64,000 nt of DNA, from IMG/VR virus record IMGVR_UViG_3300013233_000093, positions 1 to 64,000 of that record; one strand, written 5' to 3'. A program made the translations under genes and the position numbers. The notes beneath the pieces are model-generated. The model made no database searches. It worked only from the letters and a program-made list of their open reading frames with translations, and had not been told where the DNA came from. This document shows, in pieces, positions 29,615-39,092 of this stretch; the stretch's first letter is position 1, and each line of letters opens with the position of its first letter.

Positions 29615-31747
29615 ATGATACTATTTTCAGAAGACTGGGCTGCGTACCCTAACGCCATCCCCCACGTCACTACAAAAAATGAATCGTTCTTAAGACTTGC
29701 CAAAGTGTTTAAATCCACGGGTGTGGTTAACCATGCGTTTCATTTAGCACTGCACGATCCTGTATTACTCCACATCGATCCGTTCTCTGAGTCACTTACA
29801 CAGGAAGAAATGTGGCGAGTGGCCAGAGAATGCGAGGTCAATCCTTGGTATGCGATGCGTGAGGTCATACGTCTGCCCGAACAAGGCAGTCCGGAACCCA
29901 TTGCATATCGAGCTAACCGTGCTAACATTTCACTGACATGGTCGTATTTTAACCACATCGACTACATGCTCATACAACCCAGACAAACCGGTAAGTCCAG
30001 GTCGACTGATGTGATCTGGATCATACTCATGTACCTGATGGGGCATAATTTAAAGATCCAGTTGTTTACCGAGAAGAACAAACTGCGTAAAGAAAACGTG
30101 GTTTACTTGAAGGCCATTAGGGATAACTTACCTAAGTACTTAAACCCCACCAATCACCTTGACTCCGATAACCATGAAGGTCTGACATGCGTGGTACGTG
30201 GGAACAGTTATTTGACATCTGTTGGTCGTCCCAGTAAAGAAGGCGCGGAGTCCATTGGCCGTGGTATATCTTCCAGTAACTTCCAGTGCGACGAAGTACC
30301 CTATGTACCTAACGTGGATATCAGCTTACCCGTGGCATTGGCTTCTGGTACAAACGCCCGTATGGCCGCTAAGAGAGCCGGTGCTCCGTATGGTAACATC
30401 TTCACCACTACGGCGGGAAATCGTGACACGCGTGGCGGTAAGTACGCGTACGGTATTCTAAGCAGCAGTGCTCCATGGAGTGACAAGTTCTACGACGCCA
30501 CACACTTAAAAGACCTTGAAGAGATTGTGTTAAAGCGTGGTACATACACGGTACCCAGCATTAACGGTACGTTCAGTCATCGTCAGTTGGGTCTTACAGA
30601 TCAATGGTGTAAAGACGCGATTGCCAATGCACGCGGTAGCGTGGATTCAGCTAAGAAGGATTTTCTTAACTATTGGTTTAATGGCACACTGTCGAGTCCG
30701 TTAGCGACTAAGGTGCTTGAAGCAATAGCTAACAGCGAGCGCGACCCGTCTTATATAGAGAAGACGCGTGACAATTACTTAATGGATTGGTATATTCCGT
30801 TAAGTGAAATAGACGTTCGCATGGCTAAGCATCATCATTTGATCACGCTTGATTCAGCGCAGATGGTGGGGAAGGATAGTAATGCGTTAATCATCAGTGA
30901 CATTCGCGACATGGGGGTGGTTGGGGTATGCGATGTTAACGAGGCCAACTTACTGAAGTACGGTTTATGGCTAGCCGAGTTAATGCTGCGGTTCCCTAAG
31001 ACCACACTGATTATCGAAAGTGCTTCTTCTGCACAGGGACTGATTGACATTGTTATGGTTAAGATGTATACTGCAGGCATTGATCCATTTCGCAGGATCT
31101 TTAACCGCGTGGTGGATATGGCAGAGACCCGTCCTAGTGATTTTGAGAAGCTTAGCCTGTCCATGCGTAAGCGTGATGAGCATTTCTATAACTCGCTTAA
31201 AGGGTACTTTGGGTTTAAGACAAATGCAGCGAGTCGTTATCACCTATACGACACGGTGTTACAACAAGCAGCACGAACCACCGCGCATAGAGTGCACGAT
31301 AGTAAACTGTCACACCAGATACGCGGACTGGTCACCAAGAACGATCGGGTGGATCATGATGTTGGTGGACACGATGATTTGGTTATCAGTTGGTTACTAG
31401 GGCATTGGTTTATCACTAACGCTAAGAACATCGAGTACTACGGTATCAAACGCGGCGAGTGCCTATCGTTGGTGACGGAGGATGGTGCCACACTGAGTCT
31501 CAAACAGTCCGCCATCCGCGATGAACAGGTATCCCGCAGGCTGCGTCTGGAAAGGCTTAAAGACATGCTTGCTAACGAATCGCGTGTGGCGCATCGAATG
31601 CAGCTAGAGCATCAGATAAAGACGCTGGCTAGGGAGACTGAAATAGACGGCGGCGAAGTGGTTAACATAGACAACGCGCTAACGGAAGCCAGAGAAAAGG
31701 GCAAGAAGCGTGTCAGTTTACGACACGCATTACGCAGGCATCTATAA
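29615..31747 (+). CDS. terL: Terminase large subunit (phiKZ gp25-like)
   Basis: Walker A PRQTGKS, Walker B FQCDE, TTTAG, nuclease LDSAQMVGKD and GHDDLVISWLL; GGAGAGG RBS before MILFSEDW. Confidence 0.93.
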   Translation: MILFSEDWAAYPNAIPHVTTKNESFLRLAKVFKSTGVVNHAFHLALHDPVLLHIDPFSESLTQEEMWRVARECEVNPWYAMREVIRLPEQGSPEPIAYRANRANISLTWSYFNHIDYMLIQPRQTGKSRSTDVIWIILMYLMGHNLKIQLFTEKNKLRKENVVYLKAIRDNLPKYLNPTNHLDSDNHEGLTCVVRGNSYLTSVGRPSKEGAESIGRGISSSNFQCDEVPYVPNVDISLPVALASGTNARMAAKRAGAPYGNIFTTTAGNRDTRGGKYAYGILSSSAPWSDKFYDATHLKDLEEIVLKRGTYTVPSINGTFSHRQLGLTDQWCKDAIANARGSVDSAKKDFLNYWFNGTLSSPLATKVLEAIANSERDPSYIEKTRDNYLMDWYIPLSEIDVRMAKHHHLITLDSAQMVGKDSNALIISDIRDMGVVGVCDVNEANLLKYGLWLAELMLRFPKTTLIIESASSAQGLIDIVMVKMYTAGIDPFRRIFNRVVDMAETRPSDFEKLSLSMRKRDEHFYNSLKGYFGFKTNAASRYHLYDTVLQQAARTTAHRVHDSKLSHQIRGLVTKNDRVDHDVGGHDDLVISWLLGHWFITNAKNIEYYGIKRGECLSLVTEDGATLSLKQSAIRDEQVSRRLRLERLKDMLANESRVAHRMQLEHQIKTLARETEIDGGEVVNIDNALTEAREKGKKRVSLRHALRRHL

Positions 31748-31826
31748 CGTCTTGTAATTTTATGTTGCGACATCCATGTGGTTTGGAGTATGGAGTGGTA
31801 GTTTAATCCTTTATCGGAGCTAAATT

Positions 31827-31940
31827 ATGACTAATCCTATTTACCCATATGTAATGAGTTTGTTGGTTAACACCGCCTGTTTGGTATTTGGTATCCGGTG
31901 GGTACTGCAGACTGCTCGGGAGTACGAAGCCAATGAATGA
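31827..31940 (+). CDS. 37-aa single-TM peptide
   Basis: GGAG RBS; MTNPIYPYVMSLLVNTACLVFGIRWVLQTAREYEANE; overlaps next ATG. Confidence 0.5.
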   Translation: MTNPIYPYVMSLLVNTACLVFGIRWVLQTAREYEANE

Positions 31941-32175
31941 GTTTACCTACACTGAAATACTCATTGCCCTTATCTTAAGTATCTTTCTCACACTGTGGAT
32001 AAGGGACTTGTTTAACGATGAGGTGGAGTTGGTTGATGTTGTGGTGCAGGGCGTAGAACACGTCTGGTGGGAAGAAAGCAAGTACAACGATGTAGAGGCG
32101 ACAGTAGATACGTTGAGTGACGAAGCGGTGCGGCGACTTAATACTCGCGGAGCCATCGACTATGTTATTCCATGA
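31933..32175 (+). CDS. Small membrane-anchored protein
   Basis: N-terminal ILIALILSIFLTLWI; GGGAG RBS. Confidence 0.6.
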   Translation: MNEFTYTEILIALILSIFLTLWIRDLFNDEVELVDVVVQGVEHVWWEESKYNDVEATVDTLSDEAVRRLNTRGAIDYVIP

Positions 32176-32269
32176 TATTATTTTTTACGGGTTTATTGGA
32201 ACAATTTCTTTGATCTGTGTTAGCGTACTTAGTATTTTATACGACATGCTAGGACGGACGGAGCAATGA
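32162..32269 (+). CDS. 35-aa single-TM peptide
   Basis: GGAG RBS; MLFHDIIFYGFIGTISLICVSVLSILYDMLGRTEQ. Confidence 0.5.
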   Translation: MLFHDIIFYGFIGTISLICVSVLSILYDMLGRTEQ

Positions 32270-32307
32270 TCTAATGACTTGTATCATCTACTACGAAGGA
32301 GGTTGCC

Positions 32308-32682
32308 ATGTTTGATTCATTCATACTGGGATCCTCGGAAGGAATTCGCCTTCTGTTTGTCGCGTGCGGTATTGGGGTAACGACTATTGTACTCTACCTC
32401 AAATACAAACGTAACGTGTATCGTACCGGGACAGACAGACTTAGGGAACTTGGAATCATACCCGTGCATGTTCCTGGATATATAAATGGCATTATCGACA
32501 TGCGGGTCGAGATCGCGTGGGCGCGTTTAAGTGCGAAGGGTCGTAAGAAGACCGGTCACGCTTTAGCTCATGCGATCAGTATACGTTTGGTTGATGAACT
32601 AAAAGACTTATCTAACGCTGAGCTGGAACAGGAATACTCTAATGCGAAGCGGGATTATAAGCTTTTAACTCAACCGTACTGA
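32308..32682 (+). CDS. Membrane-anchored hypothetical protein
   Basis: AAGGAGG RBS; N-terminal TM followed by basic residues. Confidence 0.7.
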   Translation: MFDSFILGSSEGIRLLFVACGIGVTTIVLYLKYKRNVYRTGTDRLRELGIIPVHVPGYINGIIDMRVEIAWARLSAKGRKKTGHALAHAISIRLVDELKDLSNAELEQEYSNAKRDYKLLTQPY

Positions 32683-32784
32683 CGGTGATTCACACCCTGT
32701 CTTGGCTAACGCCAGGGCGGGGTATTATGCCGTGTGTATTTTTACCAAAGTACCTTTGTTATGTGATTAACTAGGAGTAATGAA

Positions 32785-33264
32785 ATGAAGTACGACGATT
32801 TCTATAACGAAGTGACTGCTTTAGATAACGTGGCTGTCTTGGAAGTATGTCTTGACAGTGGCGATCTCTGTGCACGCACAAAGACGGGGGTAATCTATTA
32901 CTCCGGATTACCAGGTTATCACAAGTATGAATGGCATTACGACATCATTAACTGTGAACGTCATATACTGCACGTACGCGTTTTAAACAGTAACACGGTG
33001 CACTGCCTTACATTTGATAAAGGGGTTGTTACAATAGACCTACACGTGGACTGGGATACACATGAATGGTCGACGGCGTGTCCGGACATGAACGTTATCT
33101 GTTTACTAAAGGAATTTCGTGTGCTTGGGTATTCGCATCCTGTAAAAACCGCAGCTGCTATATTAGAGTGTCTTGATAAGGAGACCCGAGGGCAAGTATC
33201 GCTTTCAATTTACTCGGACGTTGCGATGTGTGCATTAGTGGCTCAACTGTTAGCACATGCTTAA
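32785..33264 (+). CDS. Hypothetical protein
   Basis: AGGAG RBS, 159 aa. Confidence 0.7.
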   Translation: MKYDDFYNEVTALDNVAVLEVCLDSGDLCARTKTGVIYYSGLPGYHKYEWHYDIINCERHILHVRVLNSNTVHCLTFDKGVVTIDLHVDWDTHEWSTACPDMNVICLLKEFRVLGYSHPVKTAAAILECLDKETRGQVSLSIYSDVAMCALVAQLLAHA

Positions 33265-33300
33265 CAAACGATTCATCAAACTAAAAAAGGTACAGGTACT

Positions 33301-33879
33301 ATGAATAAATTAGATTACGGTGCTATTGTAGAGAACGCTGGATACAGTCGCGCGGGCGCATCGTCCATGGTTATCTCTGACATTAACGAGTACGTCGACA
33401 TCGCAGTGGCGCGAGGAGGTGACCTAAGTTGCTTTCCAGTTGAAATGCGTACAGCAGAAGTGTGTTTAAAGATGATAAAAATAAACCACAATGCGTTTTT
33501 TGAAGTTCCTGTGGATCTAGTCACGCGTGATTTTTGCATGACCGTCGTGGAAGTAAATGCCTTTGTATTTCGACATATTCCGGATGAGTTAAAGGACGAT
33601 GCCATGTGCACGGCTGCTGTGGAAACGTACGTAGAGTTACTGGACTCGGTTCCTGTGCGCTTGCTGACCAGAAAACTGTGCTTGACCGCACTGTCTACGG
33701 CAGGGGGAATGTTAATAAATATACCCGTCCACATGCAGACACACGCCATGCATCTCACCGCCGTAACTAATTACGGCGATGCGTTACGGTTGGTGCCGGT
33801 AGAACACCGTACTACGGACGTCTGCATAGCTGCTGTGTTGGACGATGCGGGTGCACTTGCGTACGTACCCGGCATTTAG
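33301..33879 (+). CDS. DUF4116-like helical repeat protein
   Basis: ~25-aa repeats of type (L/F)xx(V/I)PxxxxTxxxCxxAV. Confidence 0.75.
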   Translation: MNKLDYGAIVENAGYSRAGASSMVISDINEYVDIAVARGGDLSCFPVEMRTAEVCLKMIKINHNAFFEVPVDLVTRDFCMTVVEVNAFVFRHIPDELKDDAMCTAAVETYVELLDSVPVRLLTRKLCLTALSTAGGMLINIPVHMQTHAMHLTAVTNYGDALRLVPVEHRTTDVCIAAVLDDAGALAYVPGI

Positions 33880-33900
33880 CTTGAATAACGATCGGTATAT

Positions 33901-33944
33901 ATTCAAAACTATATCACTATTATGATGGACAACGTGTTGTTGTC
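33901..33944 (+). promoter_or_regulatory. Early promoter + stem-loop cassette
   Basis: Consensus followed by GACAAC-gtgtt-GTTGTC. Confidence 0.85.
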
Positions 33945-33965
33945 TTTAGACTAAGGAATAGAAAT

Positions 33966-34562
33966 ATGGCTAACATAATTGAGAATATAATCACCATTGA
34001 AGGGTCAAGCGAAGACCTGGCTGCAATGTTAAAAGACCGGTCTGTGAAAGACTTGTTTAATTTTAACTACCTGCTACCCATGCCAATCGAACTGCTTATT
34101 GATGATTCTTCCTCTGGATGGTGCAGCGCGTTACGGCTGTGCGGTAAGGATTGTAAAGGCGGTATCGCCGGTCGTGGCAAAGAGTTAGGTGTGAAATACA
34201 TCCGTAACATAGCGTTGTATGGAGCTGCTACGTGGTACGACTGGCGTGTAGATCACTGGGGTGTGAAATGGCATGCGTCTGGTATCAAAAAACTTGTTAC
34301 AGAACGCAAGTGTGTGGTGGCGTTTGAGACCGCATGGGGATATCCAGACGGTATTGCTATTCGCGTGCATGAGCTGTTTGCTAAAGAATATCCTGGACTG
34401 ACACTGTCCTGGAAATGGGCAGATGAGTTTGATCCTGAGAACTACTTAGCGGTAGACTTTGCTAAATTGCATGCACGGGAGAGAATCGTTATCGGCGGTC
34501 AATCTGCGGAGCTTGCGGCCTTACCCGGGTTCGCGGATGCAGTGAAGAAGCTATCTGAATAA
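33966..34562 (+). CDS. YubB/DUF1281-like ferredoxin-fold protein
   Basis: FNFNYLLPMP, WYDWRVDHWGVKW, FETAWGYP. Confidence 0.8.
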   Translation: MANIIENIITIEGSSEDLAAMLKDRSVKDLFNFNYLLPMPIELLIDDSSSGWCSALRLCGKDCKGGIAGRGKELGVKYIRNIALYGAATWYDWRVDHWGVKWHASGIKKLVTERKCVVAFETAWGYPDGIAIRVHELFAKEYPGLTLSWKWADEFDPENYLAVDFAKLHARERIVIGGQSAELAALPGFADAVKKLSE

Positions 34563-34566
34563 GTAA

Positions 34567-34620
34567 TATACTACAGTGCCATACGGCACTGTAGTATAGA
34601 CTTTCTTTATTTCTTTTTCT
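34567..34620 (+). terminator. Rho-independent terminator
   Basis: TATACTACAGTGCC-ATAC-GGCACTGTAGTATA followed by T-rich tail. Confidence 0.8.
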
Positions 34621-34633
34621 ATGCTTGCCAAAT

Positions 34634-34710
34634 ATTCAAAACTATATCACTATTATGATACTTAGGTAATAATACTTAAGTCGTTATTAGATCTCTTAGA
34701 GATCAAAGGA
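34634..34710 (+). promoter_or_regulatory. Early promoter with two-hairpin leader
   Basis: Consensus, then ACTTAGGTA-ataa-TACTTAAGT and GATCTC-tta-GAGATC. Confidence 0.85.
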
Positions 34711-34718
34711 AATTGATT

Positions 34719-35081
34719 ATGGATAAGTTTACATTTTTCAATGCCGGTCATAATGCAAATATAGTAATTACCGCCCAGTACAACGAAGTACTATGCACAA
34801 ACATTCTTAACGACAACGGACTCTCCAGAGGTACATGTCTTCCTGACAGCTACATTACGAACTACGCGCTCACTGACCACGGTGTGTCTTTTATGCACAA
34901 TGATGGATATTTCTCAAGCATCACGTATGTAGGTGGATGGTGCGTGACGCACACGCACTACAAAACCGCCGCCGAACTTAACTGGGTTCCCGCGCCCGGC
35001 GATGAAGATCCACGTCTTATAATCTGGGTAGACAAAGACGGTGTTTCTACACGAGTAGTTCACAACTGCATCTCCCCTTAG
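34719..35081 (+). CDS. Hypothetical early protein
   Basis: AAAGGA RBS, ATG at 34719. Confidence 0.7.
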   Translation: MDKFTFFNAGHNANIVITAQYNEVLCTNILNDNGLSRGTCLPDSYITNYALTDHGVSFMHNDGYFSSITYVGGWCVTHTHYKTAAELNWVPAPGDEDPRLIIWVDKDGVSTRVVHNCISP

Positions 35082-35147
35082 CCGGGGAGGCTTTCTTTTT
35101 TTTTGCATTTACAGCATATAAGCCTTGCTCTAAGAGCAAGGCTTATA
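35073..35147. terminator. Two terminator hairpins between convergent genes
   Basis: CTCCCC/GGGGAG with T-tract; TATAAGCCTTGCTC-TAA-GAGCAAGGCTTATA. Confidence 0.7.
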
Positions 35148-35197
35148 CACCGCAGTCTAGGGAAACTACAAGGATGACTTGTGAGCAAGTCTTACCG

Positions 35198-36763
35198 TCA
35201 TTGGTAATGGCCAAATGTTATTATCCGTAAAGACAAATAGACCAAAGCGGATACGCGAGCTGGCGCGGTAATCGATTTCGATTTTGTACGCAAGGGGGAT
35301 TTCTCGACGATCCTTTCCATTTCATTCTTCACCAGTGTGATGTCTGGATTAGATAACTGAGACGATCTGAATAAGTTCCGTAACGTCGCAGTAAGTTGTA
35401 TCATAGTATTACCATTTTTACCGTTCTTGGCATAGTAGTCTACAACGAACCTAACGAGTGTATTGGACAACTCACGCACATCAAAGTCTTTCTTCTCATC
35501 TACGTTCTCTGAAATGAAATGCATCAGCGATAAGAAGTGTCGTTCTTCTGCAGTCGCTACGATACGCATGGTCTGTTCCACCAACGCTTCTTTGATTAAC
35601 GCTCTTGGGTTACGGATGACTTGTGTCATCTGCTCGCCGAGTGCTTTTGCGTTGTTGATGGATTCTCGTATAACCCGTTCACCTTCCACAGTGATCATAG
35701 AGGACTCTAGAAGCACGCGTGCGTCACGTTCTGCGAAGTCGTAATAAAGTATGTTCAGCTTTACCACGACCTTACGTATGCGTGTCTGTACGTCTGAGAT
35801 GCAGTACACAAGACCTTCATCATCTTTGAACTCATTGACTGACTTATAGTGGATGGACTCAGGAGAAGCAAGTACATCCGCTCTGTGGTTAATTAGTCCA
35901 CCCCAAGTGCCGTACTTCTTAAGTGACGACTTCTTAGAGAGCGATTCATACACAGCCATAGCGATGGCTTCTTGTGCAGGATAACGCCATGATCTCCAGA
36001 TAATAGATGTGATAAACTTAAGGTTTAACATCTTCCATAAAGACGTAATACCCACGATCTTCTCTTTATCTGTCAAAGGTGAATTGTGTATCCGATGGAC
36101 TAGGTAAAGATATGATGCGTTTACCGCATTAGAGGTTACTGCAAATGCCGGGTTGATTTCTTCTTGGTCTTTATAGTCGACCTGTAAGTCTTCCCAATCA
36201 TCCAGCAGTAATACTTCCTCGATCCATTTCACCTCATCAATGGTATCCGCATAGCGGATACGGTGTACTCCGATTAAGTTAGAACCTAAGAATCCAATGT
36301 GTTCTTCGTTCTTTGTCTCGAACGCACGCACGTAGTAGATGATCCGTTTTACCAGATCTCGATCCACCTTTACATTCGCGTCGCTGAAATACCAATCGAA
36401 GACTTCCTTCATGGAGTTAAACCTGCCCTTTGGTTTCTTCTTCCAGGCCGCTTTCTTCGAGTCGTTATGATACTCATCTCGAGTCTGTCCATCGAGCACG
36501 TCCCTCGATTGTACACCAGCGACAACGTCTTTTTTTATTGCAGGTAACTGAATGGCAGTGGCTCCGTAGCCCGTGACAAACTCTACCTCGTGGTCTTTTG
36601 TTTCAAACGGGATCTTTACCACATGTAGTGTGTCCTCGCCTTGCGTACGTGGTAAGGTGTCTATAACGTCTCCTGCGACGTCTATGGTCATTTTAGTACC
36701 TAAGGGCACTGTGGTCACCGGAGATCCGCTTAGGTACACGTATGCCCTTTTGTACTTAAACAT
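35198..36763 (-). CDS. Conserved virion/head protein (phiKZ gp32-like)
   Basis: KNEEHIGFLGSNLIGVHRIRY, LSKKSSLKKYGTW, ISDVQTRIR; probable start MFKYKR with AAAGGA RBS. Confidence 0.75.
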   Translation of the reverse strand: MFKYKRAYVYLSGSPVTTVPLGTKMTIDVAGDVIDTLPRTQGEDTLHVVKIPFETKDHEVEFVTGYGATAIQLPAIKKDVVAGVQSRDVLDGQTRDEYHNDSKKAAWKKKPKGRFNSMKEVFDWYFSDANVKVDRDLVKRIIYYVRAFETKNEEHIGFLGSNLIGVHRIRYADTIDEVKWIEEVLLLDDWEDLQVDYKDQEEINPAFAVTSNAVNASYLYLVHRIHNSPLTDKEKIVGITSLWKMLNLKFITSIIWRSWRYPAQEAIAMAVYESLSKKSSLKKYGTWGGLINHRADVLASPESIHYKSVNEFKDDEGLVYCISDVQTRIRKVVVKLNILYYDFAERDARVLLESSMITVEGERVIRESINNAKALGEQMTQVIRNPRALIKEALVEQTMRIVATAEERHFLSLMHFISENVDEKKDFDVRELSNTLVRFVVDYYAKNGKNGNTMIQLTATLRNLFRSSQLSNPDITLVKNEMERIVEKSPLRTKSKSITAPARVSALVYLSLRIITFGHYQ

Positions 36764-36764
36764 A

Positions 36765-38366
36765 TTACTTCCTTTGTTCTGACGCACTGACCGCTCTTAC
36801 TATACCCGCCGCCAGACTAATATACGCGGTGGACGCTGTAAGATACTCCTTCAAAATAATACTTACAAACTTTAACGCCTTGGACATGTTTTTATACTCG
36901 TTGCCCATAGACGCCACAATAGAATTAATATATTTCGAATGAGGCTCGTCACGGTACTTTCCAGTGATACCGTCAAACGTCTTTAATCCGTCCTTTATGT
37001 CCTGAAGCTTCGCTCTTTGCGCCGGTCTAAACAGCTTAGCGGTGTCGGCTGCGCGCATGTGCATTTCATACATAGCCTTAGTGGCTGTGTTAAAGTCTAC
37101 AATGTCTATATACTCTAACACGGTTGGCTGTGATGGTTTGGTGACCGACAACGTAAAACTGGGCATGCCGAGATCGTCGGTACTTATTGTAATCTCAAAA
37201 ACCCGCCCGCCGCCTGTGTCTGGAGATATTAAACTTCCAGATGCGTCATCTGGATCAAGATCGGTAATGCCGTCGTATAACCCAAGCATCGCCTGTAAGT
37301 ACCCATGAGGCATATTAAAGATTTCGTACACCCACTCAGCGTTATTCAGTAACGCGCGTACCAACCGGCGCCTATCACGCATTGCGTGTGAGTCCTCGTC
37401 GTGTAGACCCGGTAAACTCGTGTTCATTGTCTCGAACAATTCCAAGATTTCGTCGATGGACACGGGCTCTATTTTCTTTATGGCGGTGTTTATATTATCA
37501 ATAACATCGCTCATTTTAGACCGATCCATGCCACCGCTGATGATGATTGCATGGTCCTCTATCATATCGACGTCTTCCACGTAGGCTTTGCGGATGTCAT
37601 TGGTGATCTTTATACGAGTGAACCCACTACGTTGCTTACGCAGTTCTTTAATCCTTGCCTCGTCCCTTGCAGCAGCCTGCGCTGCTGCTTCCTTATCGGC
37701 CGCTGCGATGCGCGCGGCTTCCTTTTTATTAGCGGCTTCTTGCTCGACGGTTGCGTTAAACCTTGCTGCGGCGGCGTCTAACCTTTCGCGTTCGCGCTTG
37801 TTGAATTCCTCCGCTTCTTCGACGTCCTTCTTTATTTTAGATAGCCGTGCATCATCTCGAGTATTATTCTCAAGACGCGCTGCTTCTAACATCTCAGGAG
37901 TGACTTCGCTTACTGCCTTTTCTATATCCACGCCTTTCTCTTCTAGCTCTGCTACGGCTAAAGCAGTCTCTACGGTGGCCTTATCTTCCTTGGCCATTTC
38001 CTTACCGATCACGCCTCCCACAGGAGTGGGTGTATCCTGATAAGTAGCGCCAGGAGTATCAGGGTTAGTACTACCCTTACCTCCGGTAAGCCACTCCCAT
38101 AGCTTTTTAAGACCGCTTACCACCGCCATGACTGCACGGACGATCAAACGCCAAACAGCTTTAAAAGCACGTCCTATAAACTGCATACCAGCTACAGTGT
38201 CTGCGCCTATGGAGTCGCCAGACACCCACTCCACTCTATCACCACACATACCCATCATACCAGCAATAGTATCAGACTCCTCATAGATCTTAATAACACG
38301 ACCACTAAGCACCCCATCCAACACCAACTCAGCATACTCCAACTCACTCACCACACGACTATCCAT
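36765..38366 (-). CDS. Putative internal head (ejection) protein with propeptide and coiled coil
   Basis: Acidic N-terminus, then amphipathic AFKAVWRLIVRAV...KKLWEWL typical of phiKZ-family inner head proteins; A/E/K/R-rich coiled coil. Confidence 0.6.
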   Translation of the reverse strand: MDSRVVSELEYAELVLDGVLSGRVIKIYEESDTIAGMMGMCGDRVEWVSGDSIGADTVAGMQFIGRAFKAVWRLIVRAVMAVVSGLKKLWEWLTGGKGSTNPDTPGATYQDTPTPVGGVIGKEMAKEDKATVETALAVAELEEKGVDIEKAVSEVTPEMLEAARLENNTRDDARLSKIKKDVEEAEEFNKRERERLDAAAARFNATVEQEAANKKEAARIAAADKEAAAQAAARDEARIKELRKQRSGFTRIKITNDIRKAYVEDVDMIEDHAIIISGGMDRSKMSDVIDNINTAIKKIEPVSIDEILELFETMNTSLPGLHDEDSHAMRDRRRLVRALLNNAEWVYEIFNMPHGYLQAMLGLYDGITDLDPDDASGSLISPDTGGGRVFEITISTDDLGMPSFTLSVTKPSQPTVLEYIDIVDFNTATKAMYEMHMRAADTAKLFRPAQRAKLQDIKDGLKTFDGITGKYRDEPHSKYINSIVASMGNEYKNMSKALKFVSIILKEYLTASTAYISLAAGIVRAVSASEQRK

Positions 38367-38383
38367 TACTGTTCTCCAGGTTT

Positions 38384-38420
38384 ATTCAAAACTATATCAC
38401 TATTATGCACAATATTGATG
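38384..38420 (+). promoter_or_regulatory. Early promoter
   Basis: ATTCAAAACTATATCACTATTATG. Confidence 0.8.
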
Positions 38421-38443
38421 CTACTAATTTAGGAGTTTTAACC

Positions 38444-38863
38444 ATGAGTAAACCTTACGTTCGCATTACCGATGAAGTGTCTGTACACGGCATGTATCAA
38501 ATGGCACTGCGCGACCATAATGTTTCTCCTTACACCGAGTTTGCCAGTGATATGGCGCTGTCGCCGGCCCATGATCACACTTGGCTTATCTACAGCAAGA
38601 AGAAGTGCCTGCATGCACGACATCTGCCCACAGGCGTAGAGACGAATCTAAAGGCATGTTTCGATAATAAGAACGATGTCCAAATGGCGATTGTTGCGAC
38701 AAATGTTTTGCACGTTTGGATTGGTCGAGTTAAAGCAGTTTACACATTCCGCGCTGGTGATTTGCGTCATGTAAGTGTGGGACCGGATCTTACCATGTCG
38801 CATGACAACATGCGTGCGGTACCTGCTGCGTCTAAACTCGCAGCGGGTATAAAGATCACCTAA
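38444..38863 (+). CDS. Hypothetical early protein
   Basis: AGGAG RBS before MSKPYVR. Confidence 0.7.
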   Translation: MSKPYVRITDEVSVHGMYQMALRDHNVSPYTEFASDMALSPAHDHTWLIYSKKKCLHARHLPTGVETNLKACFDNKNDVQMAIVATNVLHVWIGRVKAVYTFRAGDLRHVSVGPDLTMSHDNMRAVPAASKLAAGIKIT

Positions 38864-38874
38864 GCGGCATAATA

Positions 38875-38897
38875 CCCATCCGTAAAATACGGATGGG
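38875..38897 (+). terminator. Hairpin
   Basis: CCCATCCGTA-AAA-TACGGATGGG. Confidence 0.55.
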
Positions 38898-39047
38898 AGG
38901 TGTATGCCAATAAGGCAACTCTTATTCACCATACACTTTAATGTTAGGTGTGTGGAACGTAGCCGGTTGTGCTTATTGTCCCGAAGACGTTGCAACGTAA
39001 TGGCTTGTTCCACATACTATACATAACCTTTTATGCACGGCATAAAA

Positions 39048-39073
39048 CCATACACCGTCTAGACGGTGTATGG
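39048..39073 (-). terminator. Terminator after nrdB
   Basis: Perfect 26-bp palindrome CCATACACCGTCTAGACGGTGTATGG; TTTT follows on minus strand. Confidence 0.7.
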
Positions 39074-39092
39074 GTAACTATGCAGTCAACGG

